Of a DNA stretch of 40,000 nucleotides, positions 17,736-25,811 are shown in pieces (position 1 is the stretch's first letter; every line of letters starts with the position of its first letter). This DNA is from Gallionellaceae bacterium (lineage in GTDB: Bacteria; Pseudomonadota; Gammaproteobacteria; Burkholderiales; Thiobacillaceae), in the NCBI GenBank assembly GCA_028714735.1, contig JAQTLU010000002.1, positions 443,840-483,839 of the forward strand, read 5' to 3'. Position numbers and translations under genes: made by a program. A model generated the notes under the pieces. It searched no databases. It was not told the DNA's origin and saw nothing but the letters and a program-made list of their open reading frames with translations.

Positions 17736-18971
17736 GTGCCTGCCGTGCCCGACTCCTTTTTCAGTTGTCCATTCTGCGGTCTGCTGTGCGATGACCTGCC
17801 CGCCGATGTCGAGCGTATCGGTTGCGCCCGTGCCACCCGGCTCTTTTCCGTACCGGCGCAGGGGCAGTGCCGGGTGTCCGGTCGGCCGGCGGACCCGGCC
17901 GAGGCCCGCCGGGTTGCCGCGGGCATCCTGTCGGGCGCCCGGCGGCCCCTGGTGGCCGGCCTGGCCTGCGACGTGACCGGGCATCGCGCCGCCCTCGACC
18001 TGGCCGAGCGGACCGGCGCCAGGGTGGACCACATGAATGGCCCGGCCCAATTCCGCAACTGGCTGGCGTTCCAGGACGGCGGCTGGATGACCACCACCCT
18101 TTCGGAGGTGCGCAACCGCGCCGATGTCGTCATCCTGGCCGGCACGGTGGCCTCGGCTTTTCCCCGCTTCTTCGAGCGCTGCCTGGCGCCCGAGTCCCAG
18201 TTTGGCGATCTGGCCCGGCGCGTGATCGTCCTGGGCGGGCCGATCTCGCGTCTTCCCGAGCCGTTCGCCGGATCGGCCCTCACCATTCCCGTCCCGGCAA
18301 CCCGCCTGGGCGAACTGTGCGCCGTCCTGCGCGCCCGCCTGACCGGCCGTCCGCTCCCGGTCAGGGAGGTGGCCGGGGTGCCTGCAGCGCAGATCGATGC
18401 CGTGCTGGAAATCCTGCGCAGCGCCCGTTATGGCGTCCTGGCATGGAATGCCGCCGAGCTCGATTTCCCCGGTGCCGAGTTGACCATCCAGGCCATGGTC
18501 GATCTGGTGAAGGACCTCAATCGCGACACGCGCTGGTCCGGGCTGCCGCTGGGCGGCAACGACGGCGATACCACGGCCGCCCAGGTCTGCACCTGGCGCA
18601 CCGGTTATCCGCTGCGCGTGGCCTTCGAGTCCGCCGGCCCGCGCTACGAGCCCCTGCTGTTCGATGCCGCGCGCCTGCTGGCGGCCGGCGAGGCGGACGC
18701 CCTGCTCTGGATCTCCGCGCTCGATCCGGCGCGCGTGCCGCCTGACGCGGCCTGTCCGCGCATCGTCCTGGGGCGTCCGGACATGGTCTTCGAGCACCCG
18801 CCCGAGGTATTCATCCCGGTGGCCGTGCCCGGCGTACACCAGGCCGGCTTCATGCATCGCATGGACGGCGTGGTGGCCCTGCCCCTGAGCGTCCGGGTGG
18901 CCAGCGAACTGCCCAGCGTGGCCCAGGCCATCGCTGCCATTCAGGAGGAGATGAAGCGTGTTGCGGCTTAA
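17736..18971 (+). CDS. fhcB: Formyltransferase/hydrolase complex subunit B (formylmethanofuran dehydrogenase subunit B homolog)
   Basis: FwdB-like, with an N-terminal SCPFCGLLCDD Cys cluster. The GTG start at 17736 (alternative 17745) is chosen because the predicted sigma-54 promoter at 17694-17709 lies downstream of the ATG at 17649 and the track start at 17520. No convincing SD was found, so the start is uncertain. Confidence 0.8.
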   Translation: MPAVPDSFFSCPFCGLLCDDLPADVERIGCARATRLFSVPAQGQCRVSGRPADPAEARRVAAGILSGARRPLVAGLACDVTGHRAALDLAERTGARVDHMNGPAQFRNWLAFQDGGWMTTTLSEVRNRADVVILAGTVASAFPRFFERCLAPESQFGDLARRVIVLGGPISRLPEPFAGSALTIPVPATRLGELCAVLRARLTGRPLPVREVAGVPAAQIDAVLEILRSARYGVLAWNAAELDFPGAELTIQAMVDLVKDLNRDTRWSGLPLGGNDGDTTAAQVCTWRTGYPLRVAFESAGPRYEPLLFDAARLLAAGEADALLWISALDPARVPPDAACPRIVLGRPDMVFEHPPEVFIPVAVPGVHQAGFMHRMDGVVALPLSVRVASELPSVAQAIAAIQEEMKRVAA

Positions 18972-20622
18972 GAACGGAAGGGTCTACGACCCCGTCCACG
19001 GCATCGACGGCCAGGTGCGGGACATCCATGTCCGGGACGGCCGCGTGGTCGCCGCCCCCCTGCCAGGCGATCCCGTCGATACGGAGATAGACCTGGCCGG
19101 GCGGGCGGTGATGGCTGGCGCCATCGACCTGCATACCCATATCGGCGGCGGCAAGATGAACATCGCCCGAGCCTTGCTGCCGGAAGACCACCGGCGCGAC
19201 CTGGTGCCCGCCATGGCCGGGCTGCACGCCGGCTGCGGTCACGCCGCGCCCTCGACCTGGACCACCGGTTACCGCTATGCCGAGATGGGCTACACCGCCT
19301 GCTTCGAACCGGCCATGCTGCCCGCCAATGCACGCCATGCCCATCTCGAGATGGGCGACATCCCGATGGTGGACAAGGGCGCCTACGCCATGCTGGGCAG
19401 CGACGACTTCTTCCTCCGTCTGCTGACTTCGGGCGCCGAGCAGCGCCTGATCAACGACTATGTCGGCTGGACCCTGGATGCCAGCCAGGCCATGGCGATC
19501 AAGGTGGTGAATCCGGGCGGCATTTCCGCGTTCAAGTTCAATGCCCGCAACCTGGATCTGGACGAGGCCCATCCCCATTACGGCGTCACGCCCCGGCGCG
19601 TGATCCAGGTGCTGGCCCGGGCCGTGCACGAACTCGGCCTGGCCCATCCGCTGCATGTGCATGCCAGCAACCTGGGCATACCCGGCAACGCCGACACCAC
19701 GCTCGCCACCATGGCCGCCGCGGAAGGGCTGCCCATCCACCTGACCCACATCCAGTTCCACAGCTACGGCAAGGAGGGCGAGCGCGCCTTTTCCTCGGAG
19801 GCGGAACGCATCGCCGATGCCATCAACCGCATGGCCAACGTGTCGGCGGACGTCGGCCAGATCCTGTTCGGCCAGACCGTGACCGCCTCGGGCGACACCA
19901 TGGCCCAGCACCGCAACCATCGCCACGCCAGTCCGGACAAGTGGGTGGTGATGGACATCGAGTGCGATGCCGGCTGCGGCGTGGTGCCGTTCAGGTACAA
20001 GGACAAGAATTTCGTCAACGCGCTGCAATGGGCGATAGGCCTGGAACTGTTCCTGCGCGTCACCGATCCATGGCGCATCTTCCTCACCACCGACCACCCC
20101 AACGGCGCCCCCTTCACCAGCTATCCGCACCTGATCCGCTTGCTCATGGACCGGAGTTTCCGCAACTCGAAACTGGACGAAATCAATGCCGAAGCCGCCG
20201 CCCACAGCCAGTTGCGCGGTCTTGACCGCGAGTACAGCCTGTACGAGATCGCCATCATGACCCGCGCCGCGCCGGCCCGCTCCCTGGGGCTGAGCGATCG
20301 CGGCCACCTCGGCGAGGGCGCCGCCGCCGACATCGTGGTGTATCGCGATCTCGCCGACCGCGAGGCGATGTTCGAAAAACCCGAGTACGTGTTCAAGGAC
20401 GGCCGCCTGATCGTGCGCGACGGCAAGGTGGTGAACGTGGTCAATGGCGCCCTGCACACCGCGAAGCCCGAGTACGACAAGGGCATCGAGAAGCCCCTTA
20501 AGGAGTATTTCGACCGCTACATGACGGTGAAGATGGAGCACATCAAGGTGAGCGACGAGGAGATCTGCGCCTGCGGCGCCAGCAAGCTCATTCCCCATCA
20601 GTGCAAGAGGCGGGCGGCATGA
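18958..20622 (+). CDS. fhcA: Formyltransferase/hydrolase complex subunit A (formylmethanofuran dehydrogenase subunit A homolog, amidohydrolase fold)
   Basis: 554 aa. A GTG start is preceded by AGGAGGAG. It has the amidohydrolase motif GAIDLHTHIGGG and an FwdA-like length. Confidence 0.9.
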   Translation: MLRLKNGRVYDPVHGIDGQVRDIHVRDGRVVAAPLPGDPVDTEIDLAGRAVMAGAIDLHTHIGGGKMNIARALLPEDHRRDLVPAMAGLHAGCGHAAPSTWTTGYRYAEMGYTACFEPAMLPANARHAHLEMGDIPMVDKGAYAMLGSDDFFLRLLTSGAEQRLINDYVGWTLDASQAMAIKVVNPGGISAFKFNARNLDLDEAHPHYGVTPRRVIQVLARAVHELGLAHPLHVHASNLGIPGNADTTLATMAAAEGLPIHLTHIQFHSYGKEGERAFSSEAERIADAINRMANVSADVGQILFGQTVTASGDTMAQHRNHRHASPDKWVVMDIECDAGCGVVPFRYKDKNFVNALQWAIGLELFLRVTDPWRIFLTTDHPNGAPFTSYPHLIRLLMDRSFRNSKLDEINAEAAAHSQLRGLDREYSLYEIAIMTRAAPARSLGLSDRGHLGEGAAADIVVYRDLADREAMFEKPEYVFKDGRLIVRDGKVVNVVNGALHTAKPEYDKGIEKPLKEYFDRYMTVKMEHIKVSDEEICACGASKLIPHQCKRRAA

Positions 20623-21515
20623 TCGTCAACGGCATCCTGGTCGACGATACCTACGCCGAGGCCTTCGCCATGAAGGCCACCCGCATCATCATCACCGCGG
20701 ATTCCCTGACCTGGGCGAAACACGCCGCCAACGCGGCCTTCGGCTTCGCCACTTCGGTCATCGCCTGCGGCTGCGAGGCCGGCATCGAACAGGAACTGGC
20801 CCCGGAGGCTACGCCGGACGGCCGCCCCGGCGTGGCCGGCCTGCTGTTCGCCGTCTCCACCAAGGAGCTGGCCAAGCAGCTGGAGCGGCGGGTCGGCCAG
20901 TGCATCCTGACCTGCCCGTCCACGGCCGTGTTCGCCGGCTGCCAGGGGGAGGAGTCCCTGCCCCTGGGCAAAAACCTGCGCTATTTCGGCGACGGCTGGC
21001 AGGTCTCCAAGCTCGTGGCGGGCCGGCGTTACTGGCGCATCCCGGTGATGGACGGCGAGTTCCTGGCCGAGGAAAGCACCGGCCTGATGCGTTCGGTGGG
21101 CGGCGGCAACTTCCTGGTCCTGGCGCGCTCCCGCGGCCAGGCCCTGGCGGCCTGCGCGGCGGCAGCGGCGGCGATCGCCCGGGTGCCCGGCGCCATCGCC
21201 CCCTTTCCCGGCGGCGTGGTGCGCTCCGGCTCCAAGGTCGGCTCCAAATACAAAGCCCTGCCGGCGTCCACCAACGATGCCTATTGCCCCACCCTGCGCG
21301 GGGTTGCCAGGACCGCACTGTCGCCGGAGGTGGAGGCGGTGCTTGAGATCGTCATCGACGCGGTCACCGACGCCGACATGCGCGTGGCCATGAGGGCCGG
21401 CATGGACGCGGTCCTTGCCGTGGGCGCGGCCGGCGGCATCGTGCGCCTGTCGGCAGGGAATTACGGCGGCAAACTGGGCCAGTTCCATTACCCCCTGCGG
21501 GAGATACTGGCATGA
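20619..21515 (+). CDS. fhcD: Formylmethanofuran:tetrahydromethanopterin N-formyltransferase
   Basis: The ATG at 20619 overlaps the fhcA stop (ATGA). MIVNGILVDDTYAEAF…RIIITA is typical of the Ftr N-terminus. Confidence 0.9.
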   Translation: MIVNGILVDDTYAEAFAMKATRIIITADSLTWAKHAANAAFGFATSVIACGCEAGIEQELAPEATPDGRPGVAGLLFAVSTKELAKQLERRVGQCILTCPSTAVFAGCQGEESLPLGKNLRYFGDGWQVSKLVAGRRYWRIPVMDGEFLAEESTGLMRSVGGGNFLVLARSRGQALAACAAAAAAIARVPGAIAPFPGGVVRSGSKVGSKYKALPASTNDAYCPTLRGVARTALSPEVEAVLEIVIDAVTDADMRVAMRAGMDAVLAVGAAGGIVRLSAGNYGGKLGQFHYPLREILA

Positions 21516-22318
21516 GCGCCACGATCCTGACCTTGCGCGCGGGGTCCGCGGGCCGCATCGACATGAGCGGTGTGCTGCCCGAGACCACGGCCGGAAGATC
21601 GCCGGCGCAGATCGCCGCCATGACCGTCCGCCTGGATGGCCAAGCGGTGCCGCTGGGCGAGTTGTTCGAAGTGGGGCCGGACGTCGGCGAGGCGTTGCTG
21701 ATCCGCGCCGAAGCCGCGCGCCTGGATTGCCTGGGCCGGGACATGACCGGCGGCACCCTGCGGGTGCAGGGCCCGGCCGGCCATTATGCTGGCCAGGGCA
21801 TGCGCGGCGGTGAGCTGGTCATAACCGGCGATGCCGGGGATTTCGCCGCCAGCGGCATGCGCGGCGGTTTGCTGCGCGTCCACGGCAACGCCGGCGACTG
21901 GCTCGGCGCCGCCCTGATCGGCGAACGGACTGGCATGGCTGGAGGCGTGGTGGCGGTGGCCGGCGACGTCGGCGCGCGCTTGGGCGACCGCATGCGCCGC
22001 GGCCTGGTCCTGGTGCGCGGCCGGGCCGGCAACGCCTGCGGCGCGCGCATGCTGGCGGGCACCCTGGTGGTGGCGGGTGGTTGCGGCGATCTGGCCGGCT
22101 TCGCCCTGCGCCGCGGCTCCCTCATCCTGGGCCGGGCGCCGGACCGGCTGCCAGCCACATTCAACGATGCCGGCGTCGCCGACCTGACCTGGCTCGGACT
22201 GCTGCAGCGTCATGCCCAGGGCATCCTGCCGGATGTCGTGCCCGGCAGCGGGCGCATGCGGCGCCACATGGGCGACCTGGCGTTCGGCGGCAAGGGCGAA
22301 GTACTGGTGCCGGAATGA
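21512..22318 (+). CDS. fhcC: Formyltransferase/hydrolase complex subunit C (formylmethanofuran dehydrogenase subunit C homolog)
   Basis: 268 aa. It has the repeated G-x-x-M-x-G-G beta-helix repeats characteristic of FwdC (GQGMRGGELVITGDAGDF, ASGMRGGLLRVHGNAGDW). There is an ATGA overlap with fhcD. Confidence 0.9.
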   Translation: MSATILTLRAGSAGRIDMSGVLPETTAGRSPAQIAAMTVRLDGQAVPLGELFEVGPDVGEALLIRAEAARLDCLGRDMTGGTLRVQGPAGHYAGQGMRGGELVITGDAGDFAASGMRGGLLRVHGNAGDWLGAALIGERTGMAGGVVAVAGDVGARLGDRMRRGLVLVRGRAGNACGARMLAGTLVVAGGCGDLAGFALRRGSLILGRAPDRLPATFNDAGVADLTWLGLLQRHAQGILPDVVPGSGRMRRHMGDLAFGGKGEVLVPE

Positions 22319-22854
22319 AGCTGATCCTGATGCGCCACGGCGAATCCGAATACAACCTGCGCGGCCTGTGCAATGCCGATCCTGCCGTACCGGTCGGCCT
22401 GACGGCCAGGGGGCGTCAGCAGGCGGAGGTGGCCGCCCGGCGCTGGCGCCACGCGCCGATACGTCGCGTCTACGTTTCCCGCCTGCAGCGCGCACAGGAA
22501 ACGGCCGCCATCATTTGTGGCGGCCATTGCGCCCACATCCACGTGGATGCCCGGCTGGACGACCGCAGGACCGGATTTGAGGGCGCACCGGTGGAATCGT
22601 ATCTATGCGCCATGGGCGCGGCGCCGGACCCCTTCTCCTGGAAGGTGGCTGGCGGCGAGTCCTACCGCGAAATGGCGGCACGGGTGGATGCCTTCATCGA
22701 CGAACTGGCGGGGGTGCGCGAGCCCGTTGCCATGGTGGTGACCCACCATGAAGTGATCCAGGCCGTGGCGGGCCGCTTCATGGGCCTGACCATGGACGCC
22801 ATGTGGCGGATCGGGGTGGATCATGGCACCAGCCTGGAATTCGACCTGGACTGA
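22315..22854 (+). CDS. Histidine phosphatase (phosphoglycerate-mutase-like) family protein
   Basis: The ATG at 22315 overlaps the fhcC stop. It has the catalytic RHGESEYN motif at the N-terminus and a downstream THHEV histidine. Confidence 0.8.
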   Translation: MKLILMRHGESEYNLRGLCNADPAVPVGLTARGRQQAEVAARRWRHAPIRRVYVSRLQRAQETAAIICGGHCAHIHVDARLDDRRTGFEGAPVESYLCAMGAAPDPFSWKVAGGESYREMAARVDAFIDELAGVREPVAMVVTHHEVIQAVAGRFMGLTMDAMWRIGVDHGTSLEFDLD

Positions 22855-22858
22855 AGCC

Positions 22859-23680
22859 ATGTTGCGCTGCGGCCGATTCCGCTTCGACCTGACCCGTCCC
22901 CTGGTGATGGGTATCGTCAATGCCACGCCGGATTCCTTTTCCGATGGCGGTCGCCATGCCACTGCCGAGCGCGCCATCGAGCACGGCCTGCGCTTGCGCC
23001 AGGAGGGGGCGGACATCCTCGACGTCGGCGGCGAATCCACCCGTCCCGGCGCCACGCCGGTCGGGGAGGATGAGGAACTGGCACGGGTGTTGCCGGTGCT
23101 GGCCGGCCTGCATGATTGCGGCGCCGCCCTGTCGATCGACACCATGAAGCCGCGCGTCATGGCGGCCGCCCTGGCGGCCGGAGCGGACATGATCAACGAC
23201 GTGAACGCCCTGCGTGCCGAGGCCGCCCTGGCGGCCGTGTCAGGCTCGGATTGCGGCATCTGCCTGATGCACATGCAGGGCACGTCGCAGACCATGCAGT
23301 TGGCGCCCGACTACGACGACGTGGTGGCCGAGGTTGCCGGCTTCCTGCACGAACGCATGAACGCCTTGCGCCAGGCCGGCATCGCCGGGGAGCGGATACT
23401 GATCGACCCCGGTTTCGGCTTCGGCAAGACGCCGGCGCACAACGTGGCGCTGTTCCGCGCGCTGCCCCATTTCGCCAAGCTGGCGCCGGTGCTGGTCGGC
23501 ATGTCGCGCAAGTCCCTGTTCGGCATACTCACCGGCAGGCCGGTGACGGAGCGGACCATCGCCAGCGTCGCCGCCGCCATGCTGGCGGCCATGCAGGGTG
23601 CCGCGATCCTGCGCGTGCACGACGTGGCCGCCACCATCGATGCTCTCAAGGTCCTGGAAACCCTGGGCCATGACCAATGA
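22859..23680 (+). CDS. folP: Dihydropteroate synthase
   Basis: GIVNATPDSFSDGG, DVGGESTRPGA, INDV and GFGFGKT are canonical DHPS motifs. The start at 22859 comes just after the upstream stop. Confidence 0.92.
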   Translation: MLRCGRFRFDLTRPLVMGIVNATPDSFSDGGRHATAERAIEHGLRLRQEGADILDVGGESTRPGATPVGEDEELARVLPVLAGLHDCGAALSIDTMKPRVMAAALAAGADMINDVNALRAEAALAAVSGSDCGICLMHMQGTSQTMQLAPDYDDVVAEVAGFLHERMNALRQAGIAGERILIDPGFGFGKTPAHNVALFRALPHFAKLAPVLVGMSRKSLFGILTGRPVTERTIASVAAAMLAAMQGAAILRVHDVAATIDALKVLETLGHDQ

Positions 23681-23703
23681 TTTTTTCCGAGAGGAGGATC
23701 GAC

Positions 23704-24138
23704 ATGCAGATTGCAAGGTTCCTGTTCGCCGCCGGCCTAGTGGTCTCCAACCTGGCGCCGGCCGCCGGCATCAAGGTTGAAAACGCCTGGTTGATGGCCA
23801 CCCTGCCGGGCCAGAAGGTGGCGGGCGGGTTCATGGATATCACCGCCGAGCAGGACATGGCGCTGGTGGGCGCCAGCAGCCCGGTGGCCCAGGCCGTGGA
23901 ACTGCATCGCATGCGCATGGCCGACGGCGGCATGGAAGTGCGCGCGTTCAAGTCCCTCCGCCTGCCCAAGGGCAAGACCGTCAACCTGGCGCCCAGCGGC
24001 CTGCATGCCATGCTGATCGGACTCAAGGCGCCGATCAAGGCCGGCGATCTGGTGCCCATGTCCCTGGCATTCGACGACGGTCACGGCGGGACCGCCAGCC
24101 TGGACGTGACCCTCAAGGCGGCAACGCGGCTCTATTGA
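23704..24138 (+). CDS. Periplasmic copper chaperone PCu(A)C (DUF461)
   Basis: The ATG at 23704 is preceded by GAGAGGAGGA. There is a signal-peptide-like N-terminus, and the Cu(I) motif pattern H-x-M…M…GGLHAML is present. Confidence 0.8.
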   Translation: MQIARFLFAAGLVVSNLAPAAGIKVENAWLMATLPGQKVAGGFMDITAEQDMALVGASSPVAQAVELHRMRMADGGMEVRAFKSLRLPKGKTVNLAPSGLHAMLIGLKAPIKAGDLVPMSLAFDDGHGGTASLDVTLKAATRLY

Positions 24139-24158
24139 TATCCGCTGGCGCCGCTGTC

Positions 24159-24743
24159 TCAGGACGCCGCCGGCATGGGCAGCGGCCAGGCGCCGCGCTC
24201 CCGGGGGACCATGCCGCGGCCCAGGTTGCAGAGTGCGAGAAATCCCGTATCCAGCGCGGGAGGGCGCAGGTAGTGAACCTCGGCCTGGTCGTCGAGTCCG
24301 GCCAGGAGCAGGTCGGCACGGCCGCGCCCGGGGATGACGCAGTCGGGGTCCACCTCCAGCAATGGCGCCAGGACGAATCGGCGCAAGTGCATACGGGGGT
24401 GCGGGAGGGTGAGGTGGTCGGCCTGCATTTCCCGGTGGTCGTACAGCAGCAGGTCCAGGTCCAGGGTGCGCGGACCGTTGACCAGGCTGCGCACGCGGCC
24501 GTGCCGGCTCTCCAGCTCCAGCAGTTCGTGCATCAGCGCGTAGGGGGAGAGGCTGGTTTCCAGAAGGGCCACCGCGTTGACGAAATCGGGCTGGTCGGCA
24601 TGGCCGACCGGCGCGCTGCGGTACAGGGAGGAGGCTTGTACGAGATGGCTGTGGGGCAGTCGGTCCAATTCGGCAAAGACCCGGTTTAGGCGTTCGGCCG
24701 GATTGCCCAGGTTGCCCCCGAGGGCGACGTGGGCGCGGCTCAC
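24159..24743 (-). CDS. folK: 2-amino-4-hydroxy-6-hydroxymethyldihydropteridine diphosphokinase (HPPK)
   Basis: VALGGNLGNP, FVNAV, RPLDLDLL-like (RTLDLDLLLY), LPHPRMHLRRFVLAPL. The GTG start overlaps the fdsD stop (GTGA). Confidence 0.88.
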   Translation of the reverse strand: MSRAHVALGGNLGNPAERLNRVFAELDRLPHSHLVQASSLYRSAPVGHADQPDFVNAVALLETSLSPYALMHELLELESRHGRVRSLVNGPRTLDLDLLLYDHREMQADHLTLPHPRMHLRRFVLAPLLEVDPDCVIPGRGRADLLLAGLDDQAEVHYLRPPALDTGFLALCNLGRGMVPRERGAWPLPMPAAS

Positions 24744-24982
24744 GGATGACCCCGCCGGCCCGCCAGGCGTTCCCGGTGATCGCGCAGGGCCTTGCCGACG
24801 ATGGGCACGAGTCCCTCGCCATTGCGGTCGTCCAGGTGATCCAGCAGGGCCTGGCGCATGCTGGGCGCCCAGCAGCTGGCCAGGTGCTGGGCGATGCCGA
24901 TGCTGGCGGCATCGGCGTCGGGGTCGGTCGCGAAAAAGGTGCCAATCTGGTTGGCCATGCTGACCAGTCGCTCGATGTTCAT
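24740..24982 (-). CDS. fdsD: Formate dehydrogenase delta subunit (FdsD)
   Basis: 80 aa. MNIERLVSMANQIGTFF is the typical FdsD start. It is embedded in a longer spurious 196-aa track ORF. Confidence 0.8.
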   Translation of the reverse strand: MNIERLVSMANQIGTFFATDPDADAASIGIAQHLASCWAPSMRQALLDHLDDRNGEGLVPIVGKALRDHRERLAGRRGHP

Positions 24983-24986
24983 GGCT

Positions 24987-25811
24987 TTAATCCGAAACGT
25001 GTTCAGGGTGGCTGTACAGGGTGTAGCGTCCGGGCCGGACGAATCCGGCCAGACACAGGCCGGTCTCACTGGCCAGACGGATGGCGAAGCCGGTCGGGGC
25101 CGAGACTGCCGCCAGCAGGGCGATGCCGCATCCCGCCGCCTTTTGCACCATCTCGAAGCTGGCGCGGCTGGTGACCAGGGCGAAGCCGTCGTCCGGTCGG
25201 ATGCCCTGGCGGGCCATGGCGCCGAGAAGCTTGTCCAGGGCGTTGTGCCGGCCGACATCCTCGCGCACCGCCAGCAGCTTGCCGGCGCGGTCGGCCCAGG
25301 CCGCGGCATGGACGCCGCCAGTGCTGGCATGCAGGGGTTGCATGCCGTCGAGCTGGCTCAGGGCCCGCTGCAGCGCCGTAGCCGGGATCGCGCTGCCGGG
25401 GGGCGCGAGCCGTGGCAAGGAGCGGGCGACCTGATCCAGGCTTTCGACCCCGCACAGGCCGCAACCGGTACGTCCGGCCAGGGCACGGCGGCGGGTCTTG
25501 AGGGCAGCGAAACGGCGCTGGGCGATGCGCATCTGCACCACCACGCCTTGCGGCCCGGCCTGCAACGCCAACTCGTAGAGTTCCCCGGCCTGCTCCAGGA
25601 TGCCTTCGCTGAGGCTGAAACCCAGGCCGAAGTCCTCCAGGTCGGCCGGGCTGGCCAGCATCACCGCATGGGCGATGCCGTTGTAGGCCAGGGCCACGGG
25701 CACCTCCTCCGGCACCGTGTCCATGTGCGCACCCCCGCTCCCGTGCACGGGGGTCGTCACCAGGGGCGCGGGGAAAATCAAGGCCGACTCGGGCAGGTCA
25801 AACTGGCGCAT
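24987..25811 (-). CDS. fdhD: Formate dehydrogenase accessory sulfurtransferase FdhD
   Basis: 274 aa of the FdhD family (…VALAYNG…, GRTGCGLCG, TSRASFEMVQKA). Confidence 0.9.
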   Translation of the reverse strand: MRQFDLPESALIFPAPLVTTPVHGSGGAHMDTVPEEVPVALAYNGIAHAVMLASPADLEDFGLGFSLSEGILEQAGELYELALQAGPQGVVVQMRIAQRRFAALKTRRRALAGRTGCGLCGVESLDQVARSLPRLAPPGSAIPATALQRALSQLDGMQPLHASTGGVHAAAWADRAGKLLAVREDVGRHNALDKLLGAMARQGIRPDDGFALVTSRASFEMVQKAAGCGIALLAAVSAPTGFAIRLASETGLCLAGFVRPGRYTLYSHPEHVSD

